Assembly (NCBI GenBank): GCA_905478925.1 | Contig: CAJQKQ010000020.1 | Location: forward strand, 3,291-67,290 | DNA length: 64,000 nucleotides | Reading direction: 5' to 3' | Origin: an uncultured Verrucomicrobiales bacterium | GTDB taxonomy: Bacteria > Verrucomicrobiota > Verrucomicrobiia > Verrucomicrobiales > Akkermansiaceae | In this document: positions 9,072 through 16,494 of the stretch, in pieces | Layout of the letters: every line of letters starts with the position of its first letter | Position numbering within the stretch: the stretch's first letter is position 1 | Made by a program: the position numbers and the translations under genes | Notes under the pieces: generated by a model | What the model was told of the DNA's origin: nothing | Seen by the model: only the letters and a program-made list of their open reading frames with translations | Database searches by the model: none

Positions 9072-9617
9072 ATGCATAAGGACATGGGAAATCTTTCAAA
9101 AGCATGGAAGCAATGGCTGGCCGAGAACGGTCCGCGGCTGTTGCTGTTCGCCCGTGGCTGGGGGAAATCGAGGGAGGATGCGGAGGATCTTGTGCAGGAG
9201 GCCGTGCTCAAGATGTGGCACTACCAGCAGAAGGAGAACCGTGGCGGCGGGCCGCCGGATCTACCGCTGGTATTCTCGACGATCCGTTTCGCCGGACTGA
9301 TGTTGCACCGCTCCGAGAAGCGGCGTCGGAAGCGCGAGGAAGCGATCGTCTACATGAACGATTTCGCGGATGTGTGGCTGGATCCAGTGATGGAGGAAGA
9401 CGAGGAGGCGCTGTTGCTGCGCGAGGCGGTACAGGAATTGAGCGATAAGCTGCGAGAGGTGGTGGTAATGAAGACTTGGGGCGGGCTGACGTTCGCACAG
9501 ATTTCGGAGACGCTTGCGATCTCTCCGAACACGGCGGCGTCGCGATACAGGTATGCCCTGGAGCAACTGGCGCTGAGTATGAAAAAGGTGAAGGAGGATC
9601 GTTGTGCAGAAGCCTGA
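9072..9617 (+). CDS. ECF-type RNA polymerase sigma-70 family factor
   Basis: Region 2 (EDAEDLVQEAVLKMW) and region 4 HTH (LTFAQISETLAISPNTAASRYRYALEQL). ATG at 9072 within ORF 9012-9617. Confidence 0.8.
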   Translation: MHKDMGNLSKAWKQWLAENGPRLLLFARGWGKSREDAEDLVQEAVLKMWHYQQKENRGGGPPDLPLVFSTIRFAGLMLHRSEKRRRKREEAIVYMNDFADVWLDPVMEEDEEALLLREAVQELSDKLREVVVMKTWGGLTFAQISETLAISPNTAASRYRYALEQLALSMKKVKEDRCAEA

Positions 9618-10089
9618 GCGATACGCGGAAATCGAGGATGCGCTGACGCGGCTGATGCCCGTCGGCGTGAGCGAGAGTATGCAGTCAGAGATCGAGGATC
9701 AGCTCGAAGAACTATGCGGAGACGCCGAGGTGGCTGCGCCTTCCGTTGTGAAATTTCCCAAGTGGATCGCCGCCAGTGGGATCGCCGCAGCCGTGGTGCT
9801 CGGCTTTGTGTTTTTCCCCCGCCCCGGGAATGCCGACGGGGATCTTACTTCCCGGCAGGTGGTGGCCATTTCAGAGGCTCCTGGGGTTGTCGTGCTCGAT
9901 GAGACGGCTGACCGTGTGGAACGCGTCAGCGATGAGGGATTGTTCGTGGACTCGGGTGGCTCCGCGGTGCGAAAGGTACGGGTGCGCGTCATCGGGGAAA
10001 GCATGATGCGCGACGAGGAGACGGGAATTGTGGTGACCCTCGCCGAGCCTCGTGAGGAAATGTATCTCGTTCCCGTGAGCACTTTCTAA
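9604..10089 (+). CDS. Putative anti-sigma factor (single-pass membrane protein)
   Basis: GTG start overlaps the sigma gene end. One TM helix (WIAASGIAAAVVLGFVFF). The position is typical of ECF anti-sigma partners. Confidence 0.5.
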   Translation: MQKPERYAEIEDALTRLMPVGVSESMQSEIEDQLEELCGDAEVAAPSVVKFPKWIAASGIAAAVVLGFVFFPRPGNADGDLTSRQVVAISEAPGVVVLDETADRVERVSDEGLFVDSGGSAVRKVRVRVIGESMMRDEETGIVVTLAEPREEMYLVPVSTF

Positions 10090-10090
10090 A

Positions 10091-10849
10091 ATGCGGATCG
10101 CCCTACATCTGCTCGCCGTGTTTTTTCTGGCGGGAACCGTTGGGTTCTCCCAGGAGGAGAAGCCCGCCACCGCTCCGGTGACCAGAACCGGTGAGGTATG
10201 GCTCGGGCTCGGGCTTTCGAAGCCCGGCGACACGACGACGACCCAGCTGCCGTCGCTGCCTCCGGGGATCGGCTTCGTGGTGACCGAGCTGGATGAGGGC
10301 GGACCCGCCGCGAAGGCTGGCGTCCGCAAGCTCGATCTGCTCTGGAAAATGGGTGAGCAGATGCTCGTCAACGAAGGGCAGCTCGCCATCCTCTTGCGCC
10401 TGTCAATGCCCGGCGAAGAGGTGGTCGTCTCGGTGTTCCGCGAAGGCAAGCCTATGGATCTCAAGATTACGCTGGGTGAAGCCAAGGACGACGACGGGGC
10501 GGTGACCCGGCGCGTGCTAACTGATTCGGTGATGCGCGGTAAGGACGGTGCGCTGAGGATTGTGAACCTTGGAGAGAAGCGGGCGATTATTTCGAACAAG
10601 AAGGGCAGGGCCGAGGTGATGAGAGTCAGCCAGGGCGACGCGGTGAAGATTGTGGATATCGAGGGTATCGTGATTTACGAAGGGGTGATCCGCGGCAGAC
10701 CGGAGTTTTCCCAGGTGCCGGAGGGGTGGCGCAGGCAGATATGTGCGATGAGGCGCAGCCTAGAACACGCCCTCACCGTGCAGGCGGTTCCCGCAGTCAG
10801 GAAGCCGAGACCGAGGATCGTACCGCCGATTCCGAAAGGCAAGGAGTAG
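10091..10849 (+). CDS. Secreted PDZ-domain protein
   Basis: Signal peptide MRIALHLLAVFFLAGTVGFS. PDZ-like GIGFVVTELDEGGPAAKAGVRKLDLLWKMGEQ...VVVSVFREGKPMDLKITLG. It starts 2 nt after the anti-sigma stop. Confidence 0.65.
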   Translation: MRIALHLLAVFFLAGTVGFSQEEKPATAPVTRTGEVWLGLGLSKPGDTTTTQLPSLPPGIGFVVTELDEGGPAAKAGVRKLDLLWKMGEQMLVNEGQLAILLRLSMPGEEVVVSVFREGKPMDLKITLGEAKDDDGAVTRRVLTDSVMRGKDGALRIVNLGEKRAIISNKKGRAEVMRVSQGDAVKIVDIEGIVIYEGVIRGRPEFSQVPEGWRRQICAMRRSLEHALTVQAVPAVRKPRPRIVPPIPKGKE

Positions 10850-11022
10850 GGGAGGGCTGCTCTCGCCTCAGGGAGACGGGCCGATCGTATCTCCCTCTAC
10901 AAATTTCGCTTTGGAGAAGATCTTGCGGAGGTGATTTTCCCTGCGTGCGACCTTCTCTGCCCAGCGCCCTGACCGCCGCGCCGGGGCATCCCATTGCCCG
11001 CGGGGTGAGGGAGCGTTAGAAA

Positions 11023-11039
11023 GCGGCTTAAAAAGCCGC
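11023..11039 (-). terminator. Candidate intrinsic terminator of the EVE-domain gene
   Basis: Minus-strand hairpin GCGGCTT-TTT-AAGCCGC followed by TTTCTAA, about 10 nt after the stop. Confidence 0.45.
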
Positions 11040-11048
11040 GCTCCATGT

Positions 11049-11510
11049 TCAGAGCTTCACGCCGGCGAGCTTGAGGGCGCGAGTGAAATGTTTTTTCAGC
11101 ACCGGGGTGATGGAGAGGCGGGAGCCTTTCTGGCAGACGGTCATTTCGGAGAGGATCTCATCGTCCTTGAGTGCCTGGAGGGGGATGAGTTCAGCGAAGG
11201 TGGCGATGTGTTCGAAATCGACGAGATAGCAACGGGGCTTTTGCTCGGTGGCCTTGGGATCGAAATACTCGCCGTTTTTCTCGAACTGGGTGGGATCCGG
11301 GTAAGGTGCGGAAGCGACCTTTGCGACGCCGGAGATGCCGGGCGGCTTGGCGTTCGAGTGGTAGAAGAGGGCGAGGTCGCCGACTTTCATGTCGCGCCAC
11401 ATGAAGTTGCGCGCTTGGTAGTTGCGGACGCCGGACCAAGGTTCCTGATCGACCTTTTCGAGATCGTGGATGGAGAAGACGTCGGGTTCGGATTTGATTA
11501 ACCAAGGCAT
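11049..11510 (-). CDS. EVE (PUA-like) domain protein
   Basis: MPWLIKSEPDVFSIHDLEK...WSGVRNYQARNFMWRDMKVGDLALFYHSN is the classical EVE-domain N-terminus. Confidence 0.8.
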   Translation of the reverse strand: MPWLIKSEPDVFSIHDLEKVDQEPWSGVRNYQARNFMWRDMKVGDLALFYHSNAKPPGISGVAKVASAPYPDPTQFEKNGEYFDPKATEQKPRCYLVDFEHIATFAELIPLQALKDDEILSEMTVCQKGSRLSITPVLKKHFTRALKLAGVKL

Positions 11511-11517
11511 GGTGCTG

Positions 11518-11576
11518 GAAAACTCAAAACTTAAAATTCAAAATTCAAACCCTAAGGAAGATAAGAGAATACGGTG
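11518..11576 (+). repeat. AT-rich heptad-periodic element, subtype 1, copy a
   Basis: GAAAACT CAAAACT TAAAATT CAAAATT CAAACCC TAAGGAA GATAAGA, then GAATACGG. It begins 7 nt from the EVE ATG (minus-strand gene). Confidence 0.85.
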
Positions 11577-11618
11577 GGCTGGTTTTGCGCCCCTTTGCGA
11601 CTTTGAGGTGAAAATTTC

Positions 11619-12620
11619 TCAGGAGGCGAGGGTGGGTTTTATGGAGGGGAGAGGGAGGTGCTCGGGGCCGAGTTCTAGGCCAGTCATGGAGCGTAGATCT
11701 GATTCGATTGCATCAAGCACATCCAGTTCGGGTTTGAAATCGGCGGCATGGTAGGAGGAGCGAACCAAAGGCCCGGAGGCGCAATGGCGGAAGCCTTTTT
11801 GCAGGGCGATCTGTTTGTATTCCTCGAATTGATCCGGGTGGATGTATTCGACAACCGGAAGATGCTTGGGAGTGGGACGAAGGTATTGGCCGAGGGTGAG
11901 GACGGTGACGTCGTGGGCGAGAAGGTCATCCATGGCTTGGAGTATCTCTTCCTTGCGTTCACCGAGGCCGAGCATGAGGCCGGATTTGGTGGCGACGTGG
12001 CCGTTGACCATTTGCTTGGCTTTTTGCAGGACGGTGAGCGAGCGCTGGTACTTGGCACGGGAGCGGACGAGCGGGGTGAGGCGTTCGACGGTTTCGAGGT
12101 TGTGATTGAAGATGTGAGGGCGGGCGTCCATGACCAGCTGGAGAGCCCAGTCGCGGTCGTTGAAATCGGGGACGAGGACTTCGATGATGATGTCGGGGTT
12201 GACCTCGCGGACGGCGCGGATGGTTTCGCGGAAGTGTTCGGCACCGCCGTCCTTGAGGTCATCGCGAGCGACGGCGGTGATGACGATGTGCTTGAGGTTC
12301 ATCCGGTTGGTGGCCTCGGCGATGCGGGCGGGTTCGTCGGATTCGAGGGCGTCGGGCTTGGCGGTCTTGACCGCGCAGAAACCGCAGGCACGGGTGCACT
12401 TGTCCCCGGCGATCATGAAGGTGGCGGTGCCCTGCCCCCAGCATTCCCAACGGTTTGGGCACTGGGCTTCCTCGCAGACAGTGACCAGTTTGAGGTCGGT
12501 GATTAGGGATTTGGTCGACCAGAAAGCCGGGTTGTTGGGCAGGCGAACCTTGATCCAATCCGGTTTTTTCTCCCGGTGGAGGGTCGGATCCATCTTCATT
12601 TTCGGGCCACAGGCGGACAT
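11619..12620 (-). CDS. lipA: Lipoyl synthase
   Basis: CEEAQCPNRWEC and the radical-SAM CTRACGFCAV motif. ATG at 12620 is preferred over TTG at 12662, because the extra residues GVEISSLKFRVS are a translation of the heptad repeat. Confidence 0.9.
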   Translation of the reverse strand: MSACGPKMKMDPTLHREKKPDWIKVRLPNNPAFWSTKSLITDLKLVTVCEEAQCPNRWECWGQGTATFMIAGDKCTRACGFCAVKTAKPDALESDEPARIAEATNRMNLKHIVITAVARDDLKDGGAEHFRETIRAVREVNPDIIIEVLVPDFNDRDWALQLVMDARPHIFNHNLETVERLTPLVRSRAKYQRSLTVLQKAKQMVNGHVATKSGLMLGLGERKEEILQAMDDLLAHDVTVLTLGQYLRPTPKHLPVVEYIHPDQFEEYKQIALQKGFRHCASGPLVRSSYHAADFKPELDVLDAIESDLRSMTGLELGPEHLPLPSIKPTLAS

Positions 12621-12630
12621 ACGGGAGACC

Positions 12631-12668
12631 CTAAATTTTAAACTACTAATTTCAACCCCCAAGAGTGG
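12631..12668 (+). repeat. AT-rich heptad-periodic element, subtype 2, copy b
   Basis: CTAAATT TTAAACT ACTAATT TCAACCC CCAAGAG TGG, directly upstream (gene sense) of the lipA ATG at 12620. Confidence 0.7.
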
Positions 12669-12699
12669 GTTTCTGAAAGGGGTTGTAATACAGAGTTTC

Positions 12700-12851
12700 G
12701 AACCACGGATGAACGCGTATGGACGCGGATGGAAATGGGAAAAAGCCTGGGTAAATCGAACGGCGAACGTTTGAAAGTCTTGAGCTGCTCTAGAAATCTT
12801 CTAACCAAATTCTGGAGAAAATCCGCGTTCATCTGCGTCCATCCGTGGTTC
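12700..12851. repeat. REP/MITE-like element with imperfect 31-bp terminal inverted repeats
   Basis: Left arm GAACCACGGATGAACGCGTATGGACGCGGAT (12700-12730). Reverse complement of the right arm GAACCACGGATGGACGCAGATGAACGCGGAT (12821-12851). 27/31 positions match, and the arms are built of 10-bp GGATGRACGC units. Confidence 0.8.
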
Positions 12852-12922
12852 ATTTCTTAAGATTTCATATACTCGCTCTCCTGCGCATGATTGGGATTGA
12901 TGATTTCGCGGGGCGGTAAAGG

Positions 12923-13738
12923 ATGGCCGGTGTGAAGGACGCGGCATTGGGATTTTTTGATTCGGGAGTGGGTGGGCTGACCGTGGTGCGGGCGGTGCAG
13001 GATCTATTGCCGGGGGAGGATGTGATCTATCTCGGCGATACGGCGCGGTTGCCGTATGGCTCGAAGAGTCCGGAGACGATACGCCAGTTCGCGGAGGAGG
13101 ATGTGAATTTCCTGCTTTCGAAAGGGGTCAAGGCGATCGTGGTGGCTTGTAATACGGCGACGGCGCATGCCCTGCCGAAATTTTGGGAGAACTGCCCGGT
13201 GCCGATCATGGGGGTGATTGAGCCGGGGGTTGAGGCGGTGCTGGCGGATGAGTCGGCGGAGCGGATCGGGATCATCGCGACGCGGGGGACGATCCAATCC
13301 CATGCCTACCAGCACGCGCTGGCGACGCGGAAGCGAGGGCTGATGATACACGGGATTGCGACGCCGCTGCTGGTGCCGCTGATCGAGGAAGACTGGATTT
13401 CCGAAGAGGTGACGAAGGAGGTCATCAATAAATACCTCGATCCGTTGGTCGCGAAAGGGATCGATACGCTGATGCTGGCCTGCACGCATTATCCGCTGCT
13501 GATGCCGGTGCTGGATGAGATTTTGCCCGGAGATGTGCGCTTGGTGGATTCCGCGACGACTTGTGCGGAGCGGCTGAAAGAGATGCTGGAGGGGACGGAT
13601 CTTCTTAATGCGAAGGGGGGCAACGGGAAGCTGGAGATTTATCTGACCGACCTTTCGGAGCAGTTCGAGGAATTGGCGAAGAGGTTTCTGCGGAGGCCGA
13701 CGGGGAAAGTGCGGCGAGCGGTGCTGAGTGCGAGTTGA
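12923..13738 (+). CDS. murI: Glutamate racemase
   Basis: FDSGVGGLTV, ACNTA and CTHYP motifs. Confidence 0.9.
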   Translation: MAGVKDAALGFFDSGVGGLTVVRAVQDLLPGEDVIYLGDTARLPYGSKSPETIRQFAEEDVNFLLSKGVKAIVVACNTATAHALPKFWENCPVPIMGVIEPGVEAVLADESAERIGIIATRGTIQSHAYQHALATRKRGLMIHGIATPLLVPLIEEDWISEEVTKEVINKYLDPLVAKGIDTLMLACTHYPLLMPVLDEILPGDVRLVDSATTCAERLKEMLEGTDLLNAKGGNGKLEIYLTDLSEQFEELAKRFLRRPTGKVRRAVLSAS

Positions 13739-13804
13739 GTTTCAGATCGTTTCTCAAAAGTCGGTTCGGGAAAACTAAATCATCGAACCCAAAGCCTGCG
13801 GCGG

Positions 13805-14728
13805 TCAGAGACACGCCGCTCCGGCTAGATCGAGCCATGGCTTGAAATCATCCGGGGGAGGGGCGGTGAAGTGGAGTTTTTGTCGGGAGACGGGATGCTC
13901 GAAGGAGAGTTGCCATGCGTGGAGCATGAGGCGGGGGGTGGGGAGTTCGTGTTTTTTCCCGTAGATGGGATCGCCGAGGATGGGGGTGCCGATATGGTGG
14001 AGGTGGACGCGGATCTGGTGGGTGCGGCCGGTGTGGAGGTGGCAGCGGATGAGGGCGGATTTGGTCGCGAGATCGGTGGCGAGGATGCGGTAATCGGTGA
14101 TGGCGGTTTTGCCGGCGGGCGGGGTGATGACCGCCATTTTCTGGCGGTTGACCGGGTGGCGGCCGATGTGTGTGAAGATGGTGTCCTTGTCCTTTAGTGG
14201 GATGCCGTGGGTGACGGCGAGGTAGAGCTTTTCCATGGTGGAGCGCTCGGAGAACTGGGTGACGAGAGACTGGTGGGCGATGTCTGTCTTGGCGACGACG
14301 AGGCAGCCGGAGGTGTCCTTGTCGAGACGGTGGACGATGCCGGGTCGCTCGACTCCGCCGATGCCGGAGAGTTTGCCCTTGCAGTGGTGGAGGAGGGCGT
14401 TGACGAGTGTTCCATCCGGATTGCCGGGGGCGGGGTGGACGACCATGCCGTGAGCTTTGTGGATGACGATGATGTCTGCGTCCTCGAACAGGATGTCGAG
14501 CGGGATGTCCTGCGGGGCGGCGATGTCGGGGACGGCCTCGGGGATGACGACGGAAATGGAGTCGCCGGTTTTCACGGAGTCCCGGGGCTTGGCTGGCTTG
14601 CCGTTGACGCGGATGTATTGCTCGCGAATCAGCGCCTGGATGCGGGAGCGGGAGAGGTCGTCCAGCTTTGAGGCGAGGTAGGCGTCGAGGCGGGGGTGGG
14701 TGCCTTCGGCTGAAATTTCAAAACTCAA
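13805..14728 (-). CDS. rluD: RluA-family 23S rRNA pseudouridine synthase (RluD-like)
   Basis: S4 domain (RLDAYLA...SRSRIQALI...VNG) and catalytic HRLDKDTSG. The only in-frame start upstream of the S4 domain is a TTG at 14728, which lies inside heptad element c. Confidence 0.85.
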   Translation of the reverse strand: MSFEISAEGTHPRLDAYLASKLDDLSRSRIQALIREQYIRVNGKPAKPRDSVKTGDSISVVIPEAVPDIAAPQDIPLDILFEDADIIVIHKAHGMVVHPAPGNPDGTLVNALLHHCKGKLSGIGGVERPGIVHRLDKDTSGCLVVAKTDIAHQSLVTQFSERSTMEKLYLAVTHGIPLKDKDTIFTHIGRHPVNRQKMAVITPPAGKTAITDYRILATDLATKSALIRCHLHTGRTHQIRVHLHHIGTPILGDPIYGKKHELPTPRLMLHAWQLSFEHPVSRQKLHFTAPPPDDFKPWLDLAGAACL

Positions 14729-14768
14729 AATTCAAAATTCAAACCTCAAGGAAGAGGTGATGGGGAAT
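14712..14768 (+). repeat. AT-rich heptad-periodic element, subtype 1, copy c
   Basis: GAAATTT CAAAACT CAAAATT CAAAATT CAAACCT CAAGGAA GAGGTGA. It overlaps the rluD start. Confidence 0.85.
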
Positions 14769-14944
14769 GGGGATTTTGAACCGCCAAGTTCGGCAACTAA
14801 GAGAAGCACCTTGCTTGTGTGGTGGTCGTGGATGCGGGAACTTGGGAGCATGATTTCAATTGCCTTGTATCGCTTTTGACTTGTTGTTCTTGGCTGTGGA
14901 AAGCTCTTCGTTTTCCAAGGAAGAACAGTGGCCGGAGGTCGCGG

Positions 14945-15586
14945 CTACGCGGGGGATGCGGTCTGGATGAGGACTTCGGTGATGGTCTGGACGTGATTGG
15001 CGGGAAGGGCTTCCGGGACGATGGAGCCGAGGACGATGCGTCCGTAGGGGGTCTCGCAGGGGATGACTTCGAGTATGGAGGCGGGGCCGACCTTGACGTG
15101 GATGTTGCCGGAACCACGGGATGCGAGGGCGAGGTTGCGAGCCATGAAATGGAGGCGGCCGTGGCCGCTTTCGTCGAAGATGACCTTGCCCTCGCGGTCG
15201 AGGATGAAGATGTCGGTGGCGTGGAAGTTTTTCGCCAGCCAGTCGCGGAAGATACGGATGCGTTCGAGGAACCTGGTTCGCGAGGGCGCGACGGGTGGTG
15301 GCTGGGGGGATTCGCTGATCGCGGAGAGGTTGGTTTCGGCTTTCCGGTGGGGAGCTTCCGTTTCGCGAGGAGGGGCTTGCGGGGGGGCAGCGGGCGCCTG
15401 TTGTTCCGGCTCTGCGGCCGGGGCGGGAGCGGGGGCTGCTACGGATTCGGGGGAAGTGAAGCCGACGAAGGATGGATCAAAGCCGGGATCGGCAGCCGAG
15501 AGGCGGGTGGGAGTGACCGGGCGCAGCAATTGTTCGGCGAGGTGCCGGACTTCCGCGGGGTCAAGCCATGGGTTGATGGGATCCAT
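14945..15586 (-). CDS. Hypothetical protein: N-terminal peptide, Pro/Ala-rich linker, Roadblock/LC7(MglB)-like C-domain
   Basis: 213 aa. Low-complexity linker APAPAPAAEPEQQAPAAPPQAPP. The C-terminal ATDIFILDREGKVIFDES...RIVLGSIV pattern resembles Roadblock/LC7. The start codon shares 1 nt with the stop of the upstream ParA-like gene (TGATG). Confidence 0.5.
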   Translation of the reverse strand: MDPINPWLDPAEVRHLAEQLLRPVTPTRLSAADPGFDPSFVGFTSPESVAAPAPAPAAEPEQQAPAAPPQAPPRETEAPHRKAETNLSAISESPQPPPVAPSRTRFLERIRIFRDWLAKNFHATDIFILDREGKVIFDESGHGRLHFMARNLALASRGSGNIHVKVGPASILEVIPCETPYGRIVLGSIVPEALPANHVQTITEVLIQTASPA

Positions 15587-16407
15587 CAGTCGGGCTGGAT
15601 ATGCGCTTGGTGGCGGGATTTTCCGAGCTTCGCCTGGACCTCGGCACGGAGCGAGTCGAAGACAGTTTCGGCGCCGCCGCCATCCTCCAGGACGCCCACC
15701 GGAAGGCCTTTCGCGCTGGCGCGGATATAGATTTCATCGCGGGGGATGGCTGTCTGGAAAAGCATTTCCTCCGGCAGTAACTGGCGCAGTGTGGAGGCGG
15801 CTTCGGTGCTCACGGCAAGCCCCTGCTGTAGCATCGTCAGGCAGACGCCGAGGACGTTGAGGCGGGGGTTGATGATGCGGAGGCGGTTGAGGCCTTCGAG
15901 CAATTTCGGCACCGAGCGGATTCCGAGCGGCTCGGCCTGCTGGGGGAGGATGAGTGCGTCCGCAGAGGCGATGACGTCGTTGGTGACACCGAAAAGGCCT
16001 GCTGCGGTGTCGATCAGGCAGATGTCGTAGCGGCGAGCGGAGACGTTCCTGAGGAAGGCTCTAACACGTGCGAGGTGGGATCCCGAAGAGCCGTTGCCGG
16101 CTTCGTAGTCGCTGGCCTGCCCTGCGGCGACGAGCGAGAAGGTTTCCAGTCGGGTAGGGACGATCAGGCGCTCCATGGGGATAGCAGGATCGGCCAGGAA
16201 ATCGTAGAATCCCGAAAGGAGTCGCGACTGGCGGGTTAGGGATAAGCCAACGGAGCCCTGCGGGTCCGCGTCGACGAGCAGGGTGCTCAGACCGGCGCGC
16301 GCAAAGGCGTGGGCGAGATTGATGGAAAGTGTGGTTTTACCCACACCACCTTTTTGGCTGGAGATGGCGATGCTGATCACGCGGAGGACGGAAATTTTTG
16401 TTCGCAA
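15586..16407 (-). CDS. Orphan ParA/MinD-family P-loop ATPase
   Basis: Deviant Walker A SSQKGGVGKTT, LVDADPQGS, Walker B ICLIDTA. No parB, min or flagellar genes nearby. The start is TTG 16407 or an internal GTG. Confidence 0.8.
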   Translation of the reverse strand: MRTKISVLRVISIAISSQKGGVGKTTLSINLAHAFARAGLSTLLVDADPQGSVGLSLTRQSRLLSGFYDFLADPAIPMERLIVPTRLETFSLVAAGQASDYEAGNGSSGSHLARVRAFLRNVSARRYDICLIDTAAGLFGVTNDVIASADALILPQQAEPLGIRSVPKLLEGLNRLRIINPRLNVLGVCLTMLQQGLAVSTEAASTLRQLLPEEMLFQTAIPRDEIYIRASAKGLPVGVLEDGGGAETVFDSLRAEVQAKLGKSRHQAHIQPD

Positions 16408-16494
16408 AGATTAACTGCGAGCAGGTGTAGCGGAAGTCTTTTCTTCTTCACTTGGCAAGAGCGGGAGTTTTGTGGATGCTGGTGCGACAGGAAA

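Noticed and set aside
8828-9211. 127-aa ORF on the - strand between the tRNA and the ECF sigma gene
   Set aside because: It overlaps the sigma gene start and the degenerate REP arm. No coding-like composition.
12638-12853. 71-aa ORF MNHGWTQMNADF...ISIRVHTRSSVV
   Set aside because: It is a translation of the REP-like inverted repeat and heptad copy b. Such peptides are typical repeat artefacts.
14769-14944. 176-bp spacer downstream of the Roadblock-like gene, as a possible small RNA
   Set aside because: It has only an imperfect stem (around 14880-14925) and no recognisable ncRNA family motif. I cannot evaluate it without covariance models.
16309-16494. N-terminal extension of the YyaL-like ORF
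   Set aside because: It overlaps the ParA-like gene on the opposite strand. A lipoprotein signal peptide begins at the GTG at 16495.
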